Shown in pieces: positions 53,432 to 64,000 of a DNA stretch of 64,000 nt. The stretch spans positions 2,560,001-2,624,000 of the forward strand of contig JAXHMG010000003.1 in the NCBI GenBank assembly GCA_034521595.1, in the 5' to 3' direction. Origin of the DNA: Gemmatimonadota bacterium. GTDB lineage: Bacteria; Gemmatimonadota; Gemmatimonadetes; Longimicrobiales; Gaopeijiaceae. The translations under genes were made by a program, and so were the position numbers. The first letter of the stretch is position 1. Each line of letters begins with the position of its first letter. The notes beneath the pieces are model-generated. The model saw only the letters and a list, made by a program, of their open reading frames with translations, was not told where the DNA came from and made no database searches.

Positions 53432-54385
53432 GTGAGCCTCAGGCCCCTCGACTCGAGAGGCCGTCGCCCGTCCCGAGCGGCGGCCGCCCCCATGCGCGCG
53501 ACCCCACCCCCTCACACGACGGATGCTCGCGTACGCGCGAGAGCGTTCTACGAGCTGACGAAGCCGGGCATCGCCGGCTACGTCATGGTGACCGCCGGTG
53601 CGAGCGCGTACGTGGGGTCCGGGGGCACGCTCGAGTTCGCCACGGCGATCCACACGATGGCAGGGACGGGGCTCGCCACGGCCGGCGCGCTTTCCCTGAA
53701 CCAGTACGTGGAGCGGGACATCGACGCGGTCATGGTCCGCACGCGCGACCGGCCGATTCCCTCGGGACGCCTCACCCCGATGGAAGCCCTCGCGTTCGGC
53801 GCGGTCGTCCTCATGGGTGGCCTGATCTATCTCGCGGGCATGGTGGGGGCTCTTCCGGCGGCCCTGGCGGCCGCGAGCGCGATCGTGTACCACGGCGTCT
53901 ACACCCCTCTCAAGACCCGTTCCTACCTGGCGACGCTCGCCGGCTCCGTACCCGGTGCTCTTCCCATGCTCATCGGCTGGACGGCCGCCACCGACACCAT
54001 CGGCGTGGGCGGACTCGCGCTCTTCGCCATCGGCTACCTCTGGCAGCTTCCCCACGTATTGGGTCTCGCCTGGATGCTCCGTGAGGACTACGCGCGGGTG
54101 GGGTTCAAGCTCATTCCCGAGGGTGGAGCCGACGCGATCGGCCGGCAGATGGTAGTGGCAACCGCGCTCCTGGTACCGGTGAGCTGGCTTCCGACTCTGC
54201 TGGGCCTCACGGGGAGCGTGTATCTGGCGGGGGCTACCTTGCTCGGACTGGCGTTCCTGTGGCGGGCGCGCGCGGCGTCGCGGGAGCTCACGGAGGCGTC
54301 GGCCCGGCACCTGTTCTTCGGTTCGCTGCTCTATCATCCGCTCCTGTTGTGCCTCATGGTGTTCGATACCCTGCGGATCTCCTGA
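53432..54385 (+). CDS. cyoE: Heme o synthase (protoheme IX farnesyltransferase)
   Basis: ELTKP, NQYVERDIDAVMVRTRDRPIPSG, YTPLK, WQLPH, EDYARVG. Confidence 0.95.
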   Translation: MSLRPLDSRGRRPSRAAAAPMRATPPPHTTDARVRARAFYELTKPGIAGYVMVTAGASAYVGSGGTLEFATAIHTMAGTGLATAGALSLNQYVERDIDAVMVRTRDRPIPSGRLTPMEALAFGAVVLMGGLIYLAGMVGALPAALAAASAIVYHGVYTPLKTRSYLATLAGSVPGALPMLIGWTAATDTIGVGGLALFAIGYLWQLPHVLGLAWMLREDYARVGFKLIPEGGADAIGRQMVVATALLVPVSWLPTLLGLTGSVYLAGATLLGLAFLWRARAASRELTEASARHLFFGSLLYHPLLLCLMVFDTLRIS

Positions 54386-54423
54386 GACCCTCGCGTGACA
54401 CCCCGAAGAGGAGGAACGACATC

Positions 54424-55659
54424 GTGAACTCGACGAGCCCTCTGACGACTTCCCGGCACGCCCGGAAATCGCGGCGCCACGTCGCACGGACGGTGCTCCT
54501 GGCGGTCATGTCGGGAGCGTTGGCGGTGCCCTCCCTCGCCTCGGCCCAGGAGGAACGGCCCCGGGCACGCGACCTCGGGATGCGGGTCGGCATCTTCGAG
54601 CCCGGGCCGGACAACGCGATCACCGACGTGGCCGGCGTACGGGTCGGACACAGCACGGTGATCACGCCGCCGAACATCCGGACGGGCGTGACGGCCGTTC
54701 TTCCGCACGGCGGCAACGCGTACCGCTCACGGGTGCCGGCGGCGATCCACGTCGGCAACGGCTTCGGCAAGCTTCTCGGCGTCACTCAGGTTCGCGAGCT
54801 CGGGGAGCTGGAGACGCCGATCCTGCTCACCTGCACGCTCTGCGTCTGGAAAGCGGCCGACGCAATGGTGGAATGGATGCTCGAGCGACCCGACATGGAG
54901 AACGTGCGGTCGCTCAACGCCGTCGTCGGCGAGACGAACGACGGCGGGCTGAGCGACATCCGTGCCCGTCCCATCGAGGCGGAGCACGTGAGGGACGCGC
55001 TCGAGTCGGCGTCGACGGGGCCGGTCGAGGAAGGAGCGGTCGGGGCCGGCGCCGGGACGGCGGCTTTCGGGTGGAAGGGCGGGATCGGCACGAGTAGCCG
55101 GGAGCTCCCGCGCTCGCTGGGTGGCTACACGCTGGGCGTGCTCGTGCAGTCGAACTTCGGTGGGGTGCTGCGGATGAACGGCGCCCCGGTCGGCGTCGAG
55201 CTCGGCCAGTTCTCGTTCTCGAACCAAGTCGACCAACCCGACGGCCCATCACCCGATCCGGACGCCGATCCGCAGGAGTGGGGGTCGATCATGATCGTCG
55301 TCGCGACCGACGCGCCCCTGTCCGACCGCAACCTGGAGCGGCTGGCGAGCCGGGCCATCATGGGCCTCGCGCGCACGGGATCCCACGCGAGCAACGGCTC
55401 GGGCGACTACGTGATCGCGTTCTCGACCGCCAACCGGGTGCGGCGGGGCGGAAGCGCGGATCTCCGCAGTCACGAGGAGCTTCCGAACAACCGGACGAGC
55501 GCGCTCTTCCGGGCCGCGGTCGAGGCGACCGAGGAGGCCATCTACAACTCTCTGCTCCGGGCGGAGACGGTCACGAGCAACGGTCGCACCGTCGAGGCGC
55601 TGCCGCTCGAACCGACGATCGAGATTCTCAGGCGGTACGGAGCGATTCCCCCGGGATAG
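54424..55659 (+). CDS. P1/S58 family peptidase (DmpA-like aminopeptidase), exported
   Basis: NAITDVAGVRVGH, RTGVT, NGFGKL, VGETNDG, KGGIGTSSR, GSIMIVVATDAP, NGSGD; GAGGAGG RBS. Confidence 0.92.
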   Translation: MNSTSPLTTSRHARKSRRHVARTVLLAVMSGALAVPSLASAQEERPRARDLGMRVGIFEPGPDNAITDVAGVRVGHSTVITPPNIRTGVTAVLPHGGNAYRSRVPAAIHVGNGFGKLLGVTQVRELGELETPILLTCTLCVWKAADAMVEWMLERPDMENVRSLNAVVGETNDGGLSDIRARPIEAEHVRDALESASTGPVEEGAVGAGAGTAAFGWKGGIGTSSRELPRSLGGYTLGVLVQSNFGGVLRMNGAPVGVELGQFSFSNQVDQPDGPSPDPDADPQEWGSIMIVVATDAPLSDRNLERLASRAIMGLARTGSHASNGSGDYVIAFSTANRVRRGGSADLRSHEELPNNRTSALFRAAVEATEEAIYNSLLRAETVTSNGRTVEALPLEPTIEILRRYGAIPPG

Positions 55660-55741
55660 CGATCCATCCCTCCGAACTACCGGGTCGGATTCCGGAAACG
55701 AGGCTCAGCCGGAGGAATGGCGACGTCTACGCCGGGCGCCG

Positions 55742-57136
55742 CTAAAGCTCGTGGGAGTCTCCCCGCTCTGGGATCGCCACATCATCGTGTCCGGCGTCGG
55801 CGAGCGCCGCGCGGAGCGCGCTCTGCCGCTCCGGCTCTCCGTGCACCAGGAAGATCCGCCGGAGCCGCTGACGGTCGAGTCGCCCGATGAACTCGACGAG
55901 CTCGGGTTCGTCGGCGTGCGCGGAGTAGGAGTTCATCACCTCGACCTCGGCATTGAGATCGTGGGGCTCTCCGAAGATGGGGATCACCGGCTGCCGGTCC
56001 ACGATGCGCCTCGCGAGGGTGTGCTCCGCGCAGTAGCCGACGATCATGACCGTGTTCCTTCGGTCCTCGACGTTGTTCCGAAGGTGGTGCAGAATGCGTC
56101 CGGCCTCCGCCATGCCCGAAGCCGAGATGATGACCATGGGTAGCCGGGAGCCGTTGAGCTTTTTCGACTCTTCGACGTCCCGGATGTAGATGAGCCGGGA
56201 AAATCCGAAGGGCTGTGGGTCGCGCTCCATGTACTCCCGCAGATCCGCGTCGAAGCACTCGGGATGCCGGCGGAAGATGTCGGTGACGTTGACCGCGAGC
56301 GGGCTGTCCACGAACACCGGAATGGTCGGGAGGCGTCCCTCGTTCTCGAGTTGGTCGAGCCGGTGGACGATCTCCTGGGTTCGCCCGACCGCGAAAGCCG
56401 GAATGATGACCTTGCCGCCACGTGCCGCCGTTCGCCCCACGACCTCCGCGAGCCGTTCCTTGGCCCGGTCGGGAGGCTCGTGGGTCTCACCACCGTAGGT
56501 CGATTCGGTGATCAGGTAGTCGCAGTCGGCCATGGTCCGCGGGTCGCGAAGGATGGGGCGTTCGGCACGGCCCACGTCCCCCGTGAATCCGAGCTTCACC
56601 GTGCGCGTGCCTTCGCGCAGAGTGAGCACCATCGTCGCCGATCCCAGAATATGTCCGGCATCGCGGTACTCCACCTCCAACCCGGGCAACGGAGCGAACG
56701 GCGCATCGTAGGAGACGCCCTCGAACTGCTCCATGACCGCCTCCGCGTCCTCCATGCCGTACAGCGCTTCGATACGGTCGGCGCCCCGACGCCGCTCCCG
56801 CCTGTTCACCCACTCCGCGTCCTTCTCCTGGATGAACGCGCTGTCCCGCAGCATCGCGCTGCACAGGTCTTCCGTCGCGTGGGTCGCGTAGATCTTCCCG
56901 CGGAACCCTTCACGATGGAGCAGGGGGAGGAGGCCGGAATGGTCGATGTGCGCGTGCGACAAGAGCACCGCGTCGAGCTCGGCCGGATCGACCGGGAAGG
57001 AGTGGTTGAGGCGGCGTGCTTCGGCTCTCCGCCCCTGAAAGAGCCCACAGTCGAGAAGGACCCGCCCCCCTTCGTACTCGACGAGGTGCGCCGATCCCGT
57101 CACGGTTCGCGCCGCCCCCCAAAAACTGACTCTCAC
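55742..57136 (-). CDS. MBL-fold beta-CASP RNA-processing hydrolase
   Basis: GAARTVTGS, LSHAHIDHSG, AGHILGS, ESTYG, FAVGRTQE, SAHAD, LVHGE. Confidence 0.93.
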   Translation of the reverse strand: MRVSFWGAARTVTGSAHLVEYEGGRVLLDCGLFQGRRAEARRLNHSFPVDPAELDAVLLSHAHIDHSGLLPLLHREGFRGKIYATHATEDLCSAMLRDSAFIQEKDAEWVNRRERRRGADRIEALYGMEDAEAVMEQFEGVSYDAPFAPLPGLEVEYRDAGHILGSATMVLTLREGTRTVKLGFTGDVGRAERPILRDPRTMADCDYLITESTYGGETHEPPDRAKERLAEVVGRTAARGGKVIIPAFAVGRTQEIVHRLDQLENEGRLPTIPVFVDSPLAVNVTDIFRRHPECFDADLREYMERDPQPFGFSRLIYIRDVEESKKLNGSRLPMVIISASGMAEAGRILHHLRNNVEDRRNTVMIVGYCAEHTLARRIVDRQPVIPIFGEPHDLNAEVEVMNSYSAHADEPELVEFIGRLDRQRLRRIFLVHGEPERQSALRAALADAGHDDVAIPERGDSHEL

Positions 57137-57179
57137 CGCGAACCGGTCACCTGAGGGGCGCACGCCACGGCACGCCCGC

Positions 57180-57222
57180 CCGGCACCGCCACGCGGAGCC
57201 GGGCTCCACGTGGCGGTGCCGG
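57180..57222 (-). repeat. Long GC hairpin right after the serA stop
   Basis: CCGGCACCGCCACGCGGAGCC/GGCTCCACGTGGCGGTGCCGG, 20/21 match; the mismatch is a G-U pair on the minus strand; no U-tract. Confidence 0.7.
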
Positions 57223-57229
57223 AACGACG

Positions 57230-58831
57230 TCATCCAAGCGAGACCACGACCGCCGAGGTGACCTCGTCGAGCTCGAGCAACGCGTCACGGATGTCCGGCG
57301 ACACGTGCCCGTCCACCACCACGGCGGCCAACGCATGACCACCCTTGTCGAGCCGAGCCTGGTGATACCCGGCGATGTTGATGCCGTGGTCTCCCAGTAT
57401 CGAGCCGACGCGACCGATCACGCCGGGCACGTCTTCGTTCTTGAGGACCACGAGGGTGCCTTCGGGCACGACGTCGACATGGTAGTCCGCGATACGGACG
57501 ACCCGGGGGTGGGCGTCCCCGAGGAGCGCGCCGGCGAGCTTGAGATCGCCCCGCTCCGCCTTGATGTCGACCTCCACGTACTCCGTGTAGTCCGCGTGCC
57601 GTGCGAGGGTCGTCCGGGACACGCCGATTTCGCGCTCCTTCGCGAGGTGTCCGGCGCTCACGAAGTTGACCTCGTCACGTCCGAGGATGTTCTCGAGCAA
57701 ACCGACCAACACGTAGCTCGTAAGCGGGCGCAGTGCCTCGTCCGACTCCCCGGCGTACCGGATCTCGACCTCTTCGATACCGCCCGGTGCCAGCGCGCAG
57801 CCCAGGTAGCCCAGCTGGCGTCCCAGATCGAAGAGCGGTCGAAGCGCGCGCAACGTCTCGCTTCCGATGGCCGGAGCGTTCAGCGCTCGCGAAAGATCTC
57901 CGCGCGAGAGCGCGTCCCGCACCGCTTGGGAGATCTCGGTGGCGACCAACTCCTGTGCCTCTTCGGTCGAAGCACCGAGGTGAGGCGTCAGGACCGTGTT
58001 GGGAGCCGACCGCAAAGGCGAATCGTCTTCGAGCGGCTCGTTCGCGTACACGTCGATCGCCGCCCCTGCGATCTCGCCGCTCTCCAGCGCCCGCGCGAGC
58101 GCGGCCTCTTCCACCACGCCGCCCCGGGCCACATTCACCACGAACGCGCCCTTCTTCATGCGCGCCAACGCATCGCCATCAATGAGATTACGAGTCTGCT
58201 CGGTCAGCGGAACGTGGAGCGAAAGCACGTCGGCGGACTCGATCACGGTGTCGAGCTCGGCTCTCTCGAAACCGAGGTCCTCGGCACGCTCGTCGGTGAG
58301 GTAGGGGTCGTATGCGAGCACCCGCATGCCGAAAGCACGGCATCGCCGTCCGACGGTGCCCCCGATGCGGCCGGCCCCGACCAATCCGAGCGTCCGGCCC
58401 CTCAACTCCACACCACGGAACTTCGAGCGGGCCCACTCGCCCCGGCGCACCGAAGCGTCGGCTTCCGGGACGCGGCGAAGCATCGACATCATGATCGCCA
58501 TCGTGAGCTCGGCCGCGGACACCGTGTTGCCGGCCGGAGCGTTGAGCACCGCGATTCCTCGGGCGGTAGCGGCCTCCAGGTCGATGTTGTCCACCCCGAC
58601 TCCGGCCCTTCCGACGACCTGGAGGTTCGGTGCCTTCTTCAACAGGTCCTCGCGAACCTTCGTGGCGCTCCGCACCACGAGGCCATGGGCCCGGGCGAGC
58701 GCCTCGTCGAACTCCTCGGAAGTGGAGTCGTTGATCTGGACGATCTCGAAGCGATCATCGGCCGAGAACGGCTCGAGTCCAGACGCCGACACTTTGTCCG
58801 TCACCAGGACCAGGAAACGTTCACCGCTCAT
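57230..58831 (-). CDS. serA: D-3-phosphoglycerate dehydrogenase with ACT domain
   Basis: GRAGVGVDNID, GAGRIG, VNVARGG, TPHLGAST, DVPGVIG...INIA. Confidence 0.96.
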   Translation of the reverse strand: MSGERFLVLVTDKVSASGLEPFSADDRFEIVQINDSTSEEFDEALARAHGLVVRSATKVREDLLKKAPNLQVVGRAGVGVDNIDLEAATARGIAVLNAPAGNTVSAAELTMAIMMSMLRRVPEADASVRRGEWARSKFRGVELRGRTLGLVGAGRIGGTVGRRCRAFGMRVLAYDPYLTDERAEDLGFERAELDTVIESADVLSLHVPLTEQTRNLIDGDALARMKKGAFVVNVARGGVVEEAALARALESGEIAGAAIDVYANEPLEDDSPLRSAPNTVLTPHLGASTEEAQELVATEISQAVRDALSRGDLSRALNAPAIGSETLRALRPLFDLGRQLGYLGCALAPGGIEEVEIRYAGESDEALRPLTSYVLVGLLENILGRDEVNFVSAGHLAKEREIGVSRTTLARHADYTEYVEVDIKAERGDLKLAGALLGDAHPRVVRIADYHVDVVPEGTLVVLKNEDVPGVIGRVGSILGDHGINIAGYHQARLDKGGHALAAVVVDGHVSPDIRDALLELDEVTSAVVVSLG

Positions 58832-59940
58832 CGGACCACCTCCGTCAGCTGCGTGAGGAGCGCCTCGAGCTCATCGAGGGTATGCTCCCCCATGTGACCG
58901 ATGCGGAACGTCGTCGGCTTGAGCTTGCCGTAGCCCCCGCCGATGACCCATCCCCGCTCGGCCATGCCCTTCACGATCTCCGGCGCCTCGACATCCTCGG
59001 GAACCCGAATCGCCGTGACCGCCGGCGAACGGTAGCCCTCGGGAGCCAGGACGGAGAAATCGAGACCGGCCTCCCGCATCTCGTCGACCCAGGCGTACGT
59101 CCGCTCGGCCATCTTCGCATGACGCGCCCAGCGTGCATCGAGTCCCTCCTCGAGAATCCTCCCGAGCTGGACCTGCAGGGCGAACATCACGGACAGGGCG
59201 GGCGTCGACGGAGTCTGGAACTTGTCGGCGTTCTTCTCGAACTGCTCGAAATCGAAGTAAAAGCCCTTGTTCGGCGACTCCTCGGAGCGTGCCAACATCC
59301 GCTCCGAGGCCACGCCGAACGCCAGCCCGGGAGGCAGGGCCAGCGCCTTCTGCGCTCCGGTGAGGAGGAAGTCGATGCCCCATTCGTCCGTCCGCACCTC
59401 CGTGGCGCTGAAGCCCGAGACGGAATCCACCATGATCACCACGTCGTCGAACTCGTGAACGACCTGCGCGAGCGCACGGATATCGTTCAGCACACCCGTG
59501 GAGGTCTCCGAATGGGCCACGGTGACGGTGCCGTACTCCCCCGTGGCGAGCCGCTTCCGGAGCTCCTCCGGGTCGTGCGCCTCCCCCCAGGGGAGCGCGT
59601 ATTCGTCGGCGTCGAGCCCGTTCGTCCGGGCGATCGTCGCGAACCGGTCGCTGAACGCGCCGTTCACCAGCGAGAGGACCTTACGACCGCCCGAGTTGCG
59701 GACGGCGGCCTCCATCAGGCCCGTGGCGGACGACGTCGAGACGTAGACGTGACGCTTCGTGAGAAAGATGGCCTGAAGTCCGTCGTCCAGCTCGCGCATG
59801 AGCGCCTGGATGCCGGCGCCACGATGCGAGATCATGGCGCGCGTTTGGGCCTGAAGGACGTCGGGATGGACTTCGGTGGGACCAGGTAGGAAAAAGCGGC
59901 CGAACGGCGTGTCGGCGCCCTCGGAAGTGGGCTGATTCAA
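58828..59940 (-). CDS. Class V PLP aminotransferase (alanine-glyoxylate/serine-pyruvate family)
   Basis: LPGPT, SHR, HSETSTG, VDSVS, GAQKALALPPGL, FRIGHMG. Confidence 0.93.
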   Translation of the reverse strand: MNQPTSEGADTPFGRFFLPGPTEVHPDVLQAQTRAMISHRGAGIQALMRELDDGLQAIFLTKRHVYVSTSSATGLMEAAVRNSGGRKVLSLVNGAFSDRFATIARTNGLDADEYALPWGEAHDPEELRKRLATGEYGTVTVAHSETSTGVLNDIRALAQVVHEFDDVVIMVDSVSGFSATEVRTDEWGIDFLLTGAQKALALPPGLAFGVASERMLARSEESPNKGFYFDFEQFEKNADKFQTPSTPALSVMFALQVQLGRILEEGLDARWARHAKMAERTYAWVDEMREAGLDFSVLAPEGYRSPAVTAIRVPEDVEAPEIVKGMAERGWVIGGGYGKLKPTTFRIGHMGEHTLDELEALLTQLTEVVR

Positions 59941-60029
59941 GGGTCGATCTCCCCGCTTGCTGCGACGTTATTACGTGAATCCGCGCCAGGAGGCGCAGTA
60001 CGGCAAGCTAACGAATCGACGAAGCTTTT

Positions 60030-60584
60030 CTAGGGAGCGGGGGTGGATGCGCCCGAAGCCGGGGCCTCTCTCCAGTGATCTCGCCAGCGGATGTAGTGCA
60101 CCGTCGTCACCCCCGCTCGGTCCAACACCGCGAGCCCCGACGGGTCCCGGTACGCCTCGCGGTAGAACAGGTGCGAGACGTGCGCCTGGATCATGAGCTT
60201 CGCACACATGACACAAGGGCTCGCAGTGACGAACGCCACCTTGTCGCGCATCTCGCCGGGCGCCTTCACCAGCGCGTTCATCTCGGAATGGATGCAGCCG
60301 CAGCGGCCGGCTTCGTCCGAGTCACAACGATTCGGGAAACCGCGCGCGTTGCCGTTGTAGCCGATCGCGACGACGTGCTCGAGGCGTGGATCGGTCAGGA
60401 CCGTGCCCACCCGTAGGCGCGCGCAGGTGGAGCGCTTGGCGAGCTCTTCTGCCATGCGCATGTACACCTCGTAGAGCGGCGGACGGGTGACGGCGTCGAC
60501 CGGGGAGACGAAATCCTCCGGTACCTCCGCCACGTTGAGCGGATGCGTGTTCTCGGCTACGAGGTCCTTGTGGATCAGCGGCAC
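60030..60584 (-). CDS. dCMP deaminase / ComEB-like deaminase
   Basis: RSTCARLRVG, GYNG, HSEMNAL, SPCVMCAK; AGGAG RBS. Confidence 0.9.
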   Translation of the reverse strand: MPLIHKDLVAENTHPLNVAEVPEDFVSPVDAVTRPPLYEVYMRMAEELAKRSTCARLRVGTVLTDPRLEHVVAIGYNGNARGFPNRCDSDEAGRCGCIHSEMNALVKAPGEMRDKVAFVTASPCVMCAKLMIQAHVSHLFYREAYRDPSGLAVLDRAGVTTVHYIRWRDHWREAPASGASTPAP

Positions 60585-60627
60585 CGCATTGCTCCTGTTG
60601 ACCGTGAGACGCGGCGGACGCGGTGGG

Positions 60628-62193
60628 TCAGTCCCACCCGAGTCCCTGCATGAACACACGCGCCTGCAGGTACTCCACCGGCGCCCACTCGTCGGTGAAC
60701 GCCCGTCCGCGCGCCGGAACCGAAGCCTTCTCGCCCGACCAAGCCGGGAGCGTGGCTTCATCCGCCCCCGCCACGACGATCACGTTTTGCGTCACCCGCC
60801 GGTCCTCCTCGGGCGTCACCAGGAAGAAGCGTGTTTCGCCGAACACGTCCTCCAGCGTCGCTCGCAGGCGGCGCAAAAAGGCCGCGCCCGGCCCGTCGAG
60901 AGGCGAAAGCACGTTCGCGACGAACAACCCTCCGGGTTCCAGCCGCGCGGCCATGCCGGCGAACGCTTCCCGCGTGACCATCGTCCACGGAACTGTGAGG
61001 AGATGGTCGAAGACGTCCATGTACACGACGTCATAACGCCGGTCGGTCGCCCGCAGATACACCCGAGCGTCCTCATGGACCACCCTCATGGCATCCGGTG
61101 GTAGCTTCCCCGCCGCGAAGTGCGTTCGGGCGATCCGCGTCACCGCGGGATCGATCTCGACCACGTCGACCGCCAGGTCGGGGTGTCGCTCGAGGAAGGC
61201 CACGGGCAGGGTGAGCGCCGCCCCGCCGAGCACGAGGACCGATCCCGCACGGGCAAGGACGTCGTCGAGGAGGTCGAGGCTCGCGGTCGCGTACGGGTGG
61301 GCCGGACGCCCGTCGTCGACGTACTCCGCTGACGAAGATCCCCCGTTTTGCCACAGCTCACGAACGCGGCGACCGTCGGCCCAGGGTCGCTCGGTCACCT
61401 GCACCGAAGCGTAGAGGGTCTGCTCGCGATGTACGACGGAGTCGGCAGGGCGGTCCGAGATCCAGGTAACCGCTCCCACGGCGAGCGCTGCCATGACGAG
61501 TGAGCCGTCGGAGACCCGTCCGACGAGGAGACGGCCGGCGAGCGCCGCCATGACGAAGAGCATGACGGCCGTCACGGCCATGAGCGTCGGGAGCGGGACC
61601 AGCGGCAGCAGCACGAAGCCGGTGGCGAACGAGCCCGCGATGGATCCGGCGGTCGCCGCCGCGCTCAGATCTCCGGCACGCCGTCCCACGGTCCCCAAGC
61701 TCTCGGTGTCCGCCTGGACGAGGAAAGGCACGACCGCGCCCAGACACAGCACCGAGGGCGCGAAGAGCAAGACCGCGCTGGCGACGGCTCCCGGTATGAA
61801 GCCGAGCACGTCCCGGGCGACCCACGGAACCTCGCCCCCGAGCACCGGAAGCACCGCGGTCACCCCCGCGAGGGTGAGGATCAGCGCGAGCGGAACGGTG
61901 CCCCGGTCGGCGAGACGCCCTCCGAGATGGCTCCCCACCGCGAGAGCCGCGAGAATCACGCCGATGACCGCTGTCCAGGGCACCGCCGAGAGTCCGAACA
62001 CGGGCGCGATCATCCGCGCGCCTGCGATCTCGATGGTCAGGACCGCGAAGCCCGAAGCGAACGCGAGCACGAAGAGGCCGAGGCGACGAAGCGTGCGCCG
62101 ACCGCCGTCCGACGTCGTCCCCACGGGCGAGCGCCCACCACCGACGGTCTCCCCGTCGGCGCTCCTGACGTGTTCCTGCTCCTGTGCTCGCAA
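60628..62193 (-). CDS. Fused membrane domain / spermidine-synthase-like methyltransferase
   Basis: TM N-terminus; VLVLGG, VVEIDP, EDARVYL, YDVVYMDVF, FTDEWAPVE; start uncertain. Confidence 0.85.
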   Translation of the reverse strand: MRAQEQEHVRSADGETVGGGRSPVGTTSDGGRRTLRRLGLFVLAFASGFAVLTIEIAGARMIAPVFGLSAVPWTAVIGVILAALAVGSHLGGRLADRGTVPLALILTLAGVTAVLPVLGGEVPWVARDVLGFIPGAVASAVLLFAPSVLCLGAVVPFLVQADTESLGTVGRRAGDLSAAATAGSIAGSFATGFVLLPLVPLPTLMAVTAVMLFVMAALAGRLLVGRVSDGSLVMAALAVGAVTWISDRPADSVVHREQTLYASVQVTERPWADGRRVRELWQNGGSSSAEYVDDGRPAHPYATASLDLLDDVLARAGSVLVLGGAALTLPVAFLERHPDLAVDVVEIDPAVTRIARTHFAAGKLPPDAMRVVHEDARVYLRATDRRYDVVYMDVFDHLLTVPWTMVTREAFAGMAARLEPGGLFVANVLSPLDGPGAAFLRRLRATLEDVFGETRFFLVTPEEDRRVTQNVIVVAGADEATLPAWSGEKASVPARGRAFTDEWAPVEYLQARVFMQGLGWD

Positions 62194-62245
62194 CGCCCGA
62201 CGCCTCCCGAATGAGCGGCTGCTCGACGACGCGGAGCTTCCTCTG

Positions 62246-64000
62246 CTACGCGTGTTGCAGCGCCTTCTTCCCGGCCTTCTTCCTCTGGTTCGTGTCGAGA
62301 ATCCGCTTGCGCAACCGGATCGCGTCCGGAGTTACCTCGATGAGCTCGTCGCCCTCGATGAATTCGAGCGCGAGCTCCAACGTGATCCGGCGCGGGGGCT
62401 CCAGCTTGATGTTCTCGTCCGACGACGTGGTACGCATGTTCGTGAGCTTCTTCTCCTTGCTCACGTTCACCTCCATATCGTCCTGACGCACGTTCTCTCC
62501 GACGATCATTCCGCCGTAGGTGTCCTCGCCCGGCGAGACGAAGAGGGTCGCGCGCTCCTGCAGGTTGAAGAGCGCGAAGCCGACCGCCTTGCCGGCGCGG
62601 TCCGCGACCAGGACGCCACGCCCGCGCCCACGGACGGGACCGGCCCACGGTCCCCACGAGTCGAACTGATGGTGGAGGATGCCCTCCCCTCGGGTATCGG
62701 TCATGAACTCCGAACGGTAGCCGAAGAGGCCGCGAGCAGGGATCTTGAACCGGAGCCGCGTGGTCCCCGAGTCACCCATCGGACGCATGTCGGTCATTTC
62801 ACCCTTCCTGCCACCGAGCTTCTCGATGACCGTCCCCGTAAGATCCTCCGGCACCTCGGCCACGACTTCTTCATAGGGCTCCTGCACGCCGTCGCCTTCC
62901 TTCCTGGTGACCACGCGCGGGCGGGAGACCTGGAACTCGTAGCCTTCGCGCCGCATGGTCTCCATGAGGATGGTGAGGTGCAACTCACCCCGACCGCTCA
63001 CCGTGAATGTATCCGGTTGCTCCGTGTCCTCCACACGCAACGCGACGTTGCGCTCCAACTCCTTGTAGAGGCGGTCACGCACTTGTCGGGTCGTGACGAA
63101 CTTCCCCGCCCGTCCCGCGAACGGAGAGTTGTTGACCGTGAAGTCCACCGACAGCGTCGGCTCTTCGACGGCGATGCCCTTCAGGCGCTCACGCCGTTCC
63201 GGGTGCGTGAGGGTCTTGCCGATCTCGACGCCCTCGATCCCCGCGAGGGCGATGATGTCCCCTGCGCCCACCTCGTCGACTTCGATCTTGTCGAGCCCCG
63301 AGAACGTGTAGAGCTTGGTCACCCGCGCGTCCTCGTACTCCGCATCGTCGCGGACGAGGCCCGGCTCACCGAGATCGAGCAGCGAGATGCGGTCCCCGAC
63401 CCGGACCTTCCCCCTCTCGACCCGTCCGATGGCGATCCGCCCCAGGTACGTGGAGTAGTCGAGCGTGGAGATGAGCATCTGAAAGGGCCCGTCGAAATCC
63501 ACCCTCGGCGCCGACACGTTTTCCACGATCGCGTCGAAGAGCGGTGACAGATCCCCGCCCGACGCCGCCGGGTCCTTCGAAGCCCAACCGTCCCGACCCA
63601 CCGCGTAGAGGAAAGCAGCGTCGAGCTGAGCATCGCTCGCCTCGAGATCCATGAACAGCTCGAGCACCTCGTCGTGCACCTCGTGAGGACGGGCGTCGCC
63701 CCGGTCCACCTTATTGATGACGATGATCGGCTGGAGGCCGAGATCGAGAGCCTTCCGCGTGACGAATCGGGTCTGGGGCATGGGCCCTTCCGCCGCGTCG
63801 ACCAGGAGCACGACCCCGTCGACCATGCTGAGAATCCGCTCGACCTCCCCTCCGAAGTCGGCGTGCCCCGGAGTATCGACGATGTTGATCTTGACCCCGT
63901 TCCACTCCACCGCGGTGTTCTTCGACAGAATGGTGATGCCCCGCTCGCGCTCGAGCGGATTCGAGTCCATGATGCGCTCTTCCACGGCTTGGTTTTCCCG
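62246..64000 (-). CDS. typA: Translational GTPase TypA/BipA (5' end outside the window)
   Basis: [53 protein letters not shown]. Confidence 0.97.
   Translation of the reverse strand, partial: RENQAVEERIMDSNPLERERGITILSKNTAVEWNGVKINIVDTPGHADFGGEVERILSMVDGVVLLVDAAEGPMPQTRFVTRKALDLGLQPIIVINKVDRGDARPHEVHDEVLELFMDLEASDAQLDAAFLYAVGRDGWASKDPAASGGDLSPLFDAIVENVSAPRVDFDGPFQMLISTLDYSTYLGRIAIGRVERGKVRVGDRISLLDLGEPGLVRDDAEYEDARVTKLYTFSGLDKIEVDEVGAGDIIALAGIEGVEIGKTLTHPERRERLKGIAVEEPTLSVDFTVNNSPFAGRAGKFVTTRQVRDRLYKELERNVALRVEDTEQPDTFTVSGRGELHLTILMETMRREGYEFQVSRPRVVTRKEGDGVQEPYEEVVAEVPEDLTGTVIEKLGGRKGEMTDMRPMGDSGTTRLRFKIPARGLFGYRSEFMTDTRGEGILHHQFDSWGPWAGPVRGRGRGVLVADRAGKAVGFALFNLQERATLFVSPGEDTYGGMIVGENVRQDDMEVNVSKEKKLTNMRTTSSDENIKLEPPRRITLELALEFIEGDELIEVTPDAIRLRKRILDTNQRKKAGKKALQHA

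Overview
High-GC bacterial chromosome segment. Gene content (SusC/SusD-like pair, PorX-like regulator, type III glutamine synthetase, LPS genes) suggests Gemmatimonadota or a related FCB lineage; this is an inference. It carries about 55 mostly housekeeping genes: ackA, GSIII, recF-DUF721-gyrB, ssb, rpsU, crotonase/hbd/thiolase, leuB-like, an LPS cluster (Kdo kinase, GT9, LpxL, MsbA), TonB/SusC/SusD, heme o synthase, DmpA, a beta-CASP nuclease, serA and typA. No tRNA, rRNA, CRISPR array or transposase was seen. The main observation is a highly structured ~275-bp palindromic element with 30-bp terminal inverted repeats, present twice (6514-6793 and 19041-19317). Both copies sit inside coding genes and add an exact multiple of 3 bp. 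One expands a lipoprotein signal peptide by 92 codons with no stop; the other splits a PAS/GAF histidine kinase by a single junction TAG. Other points: a cluster of unknown genes with a duplicated unnamed 'LPPFxVW' domain around an RHH-like gene, and three clustered single-base frame anomalies in the susC/susD region.
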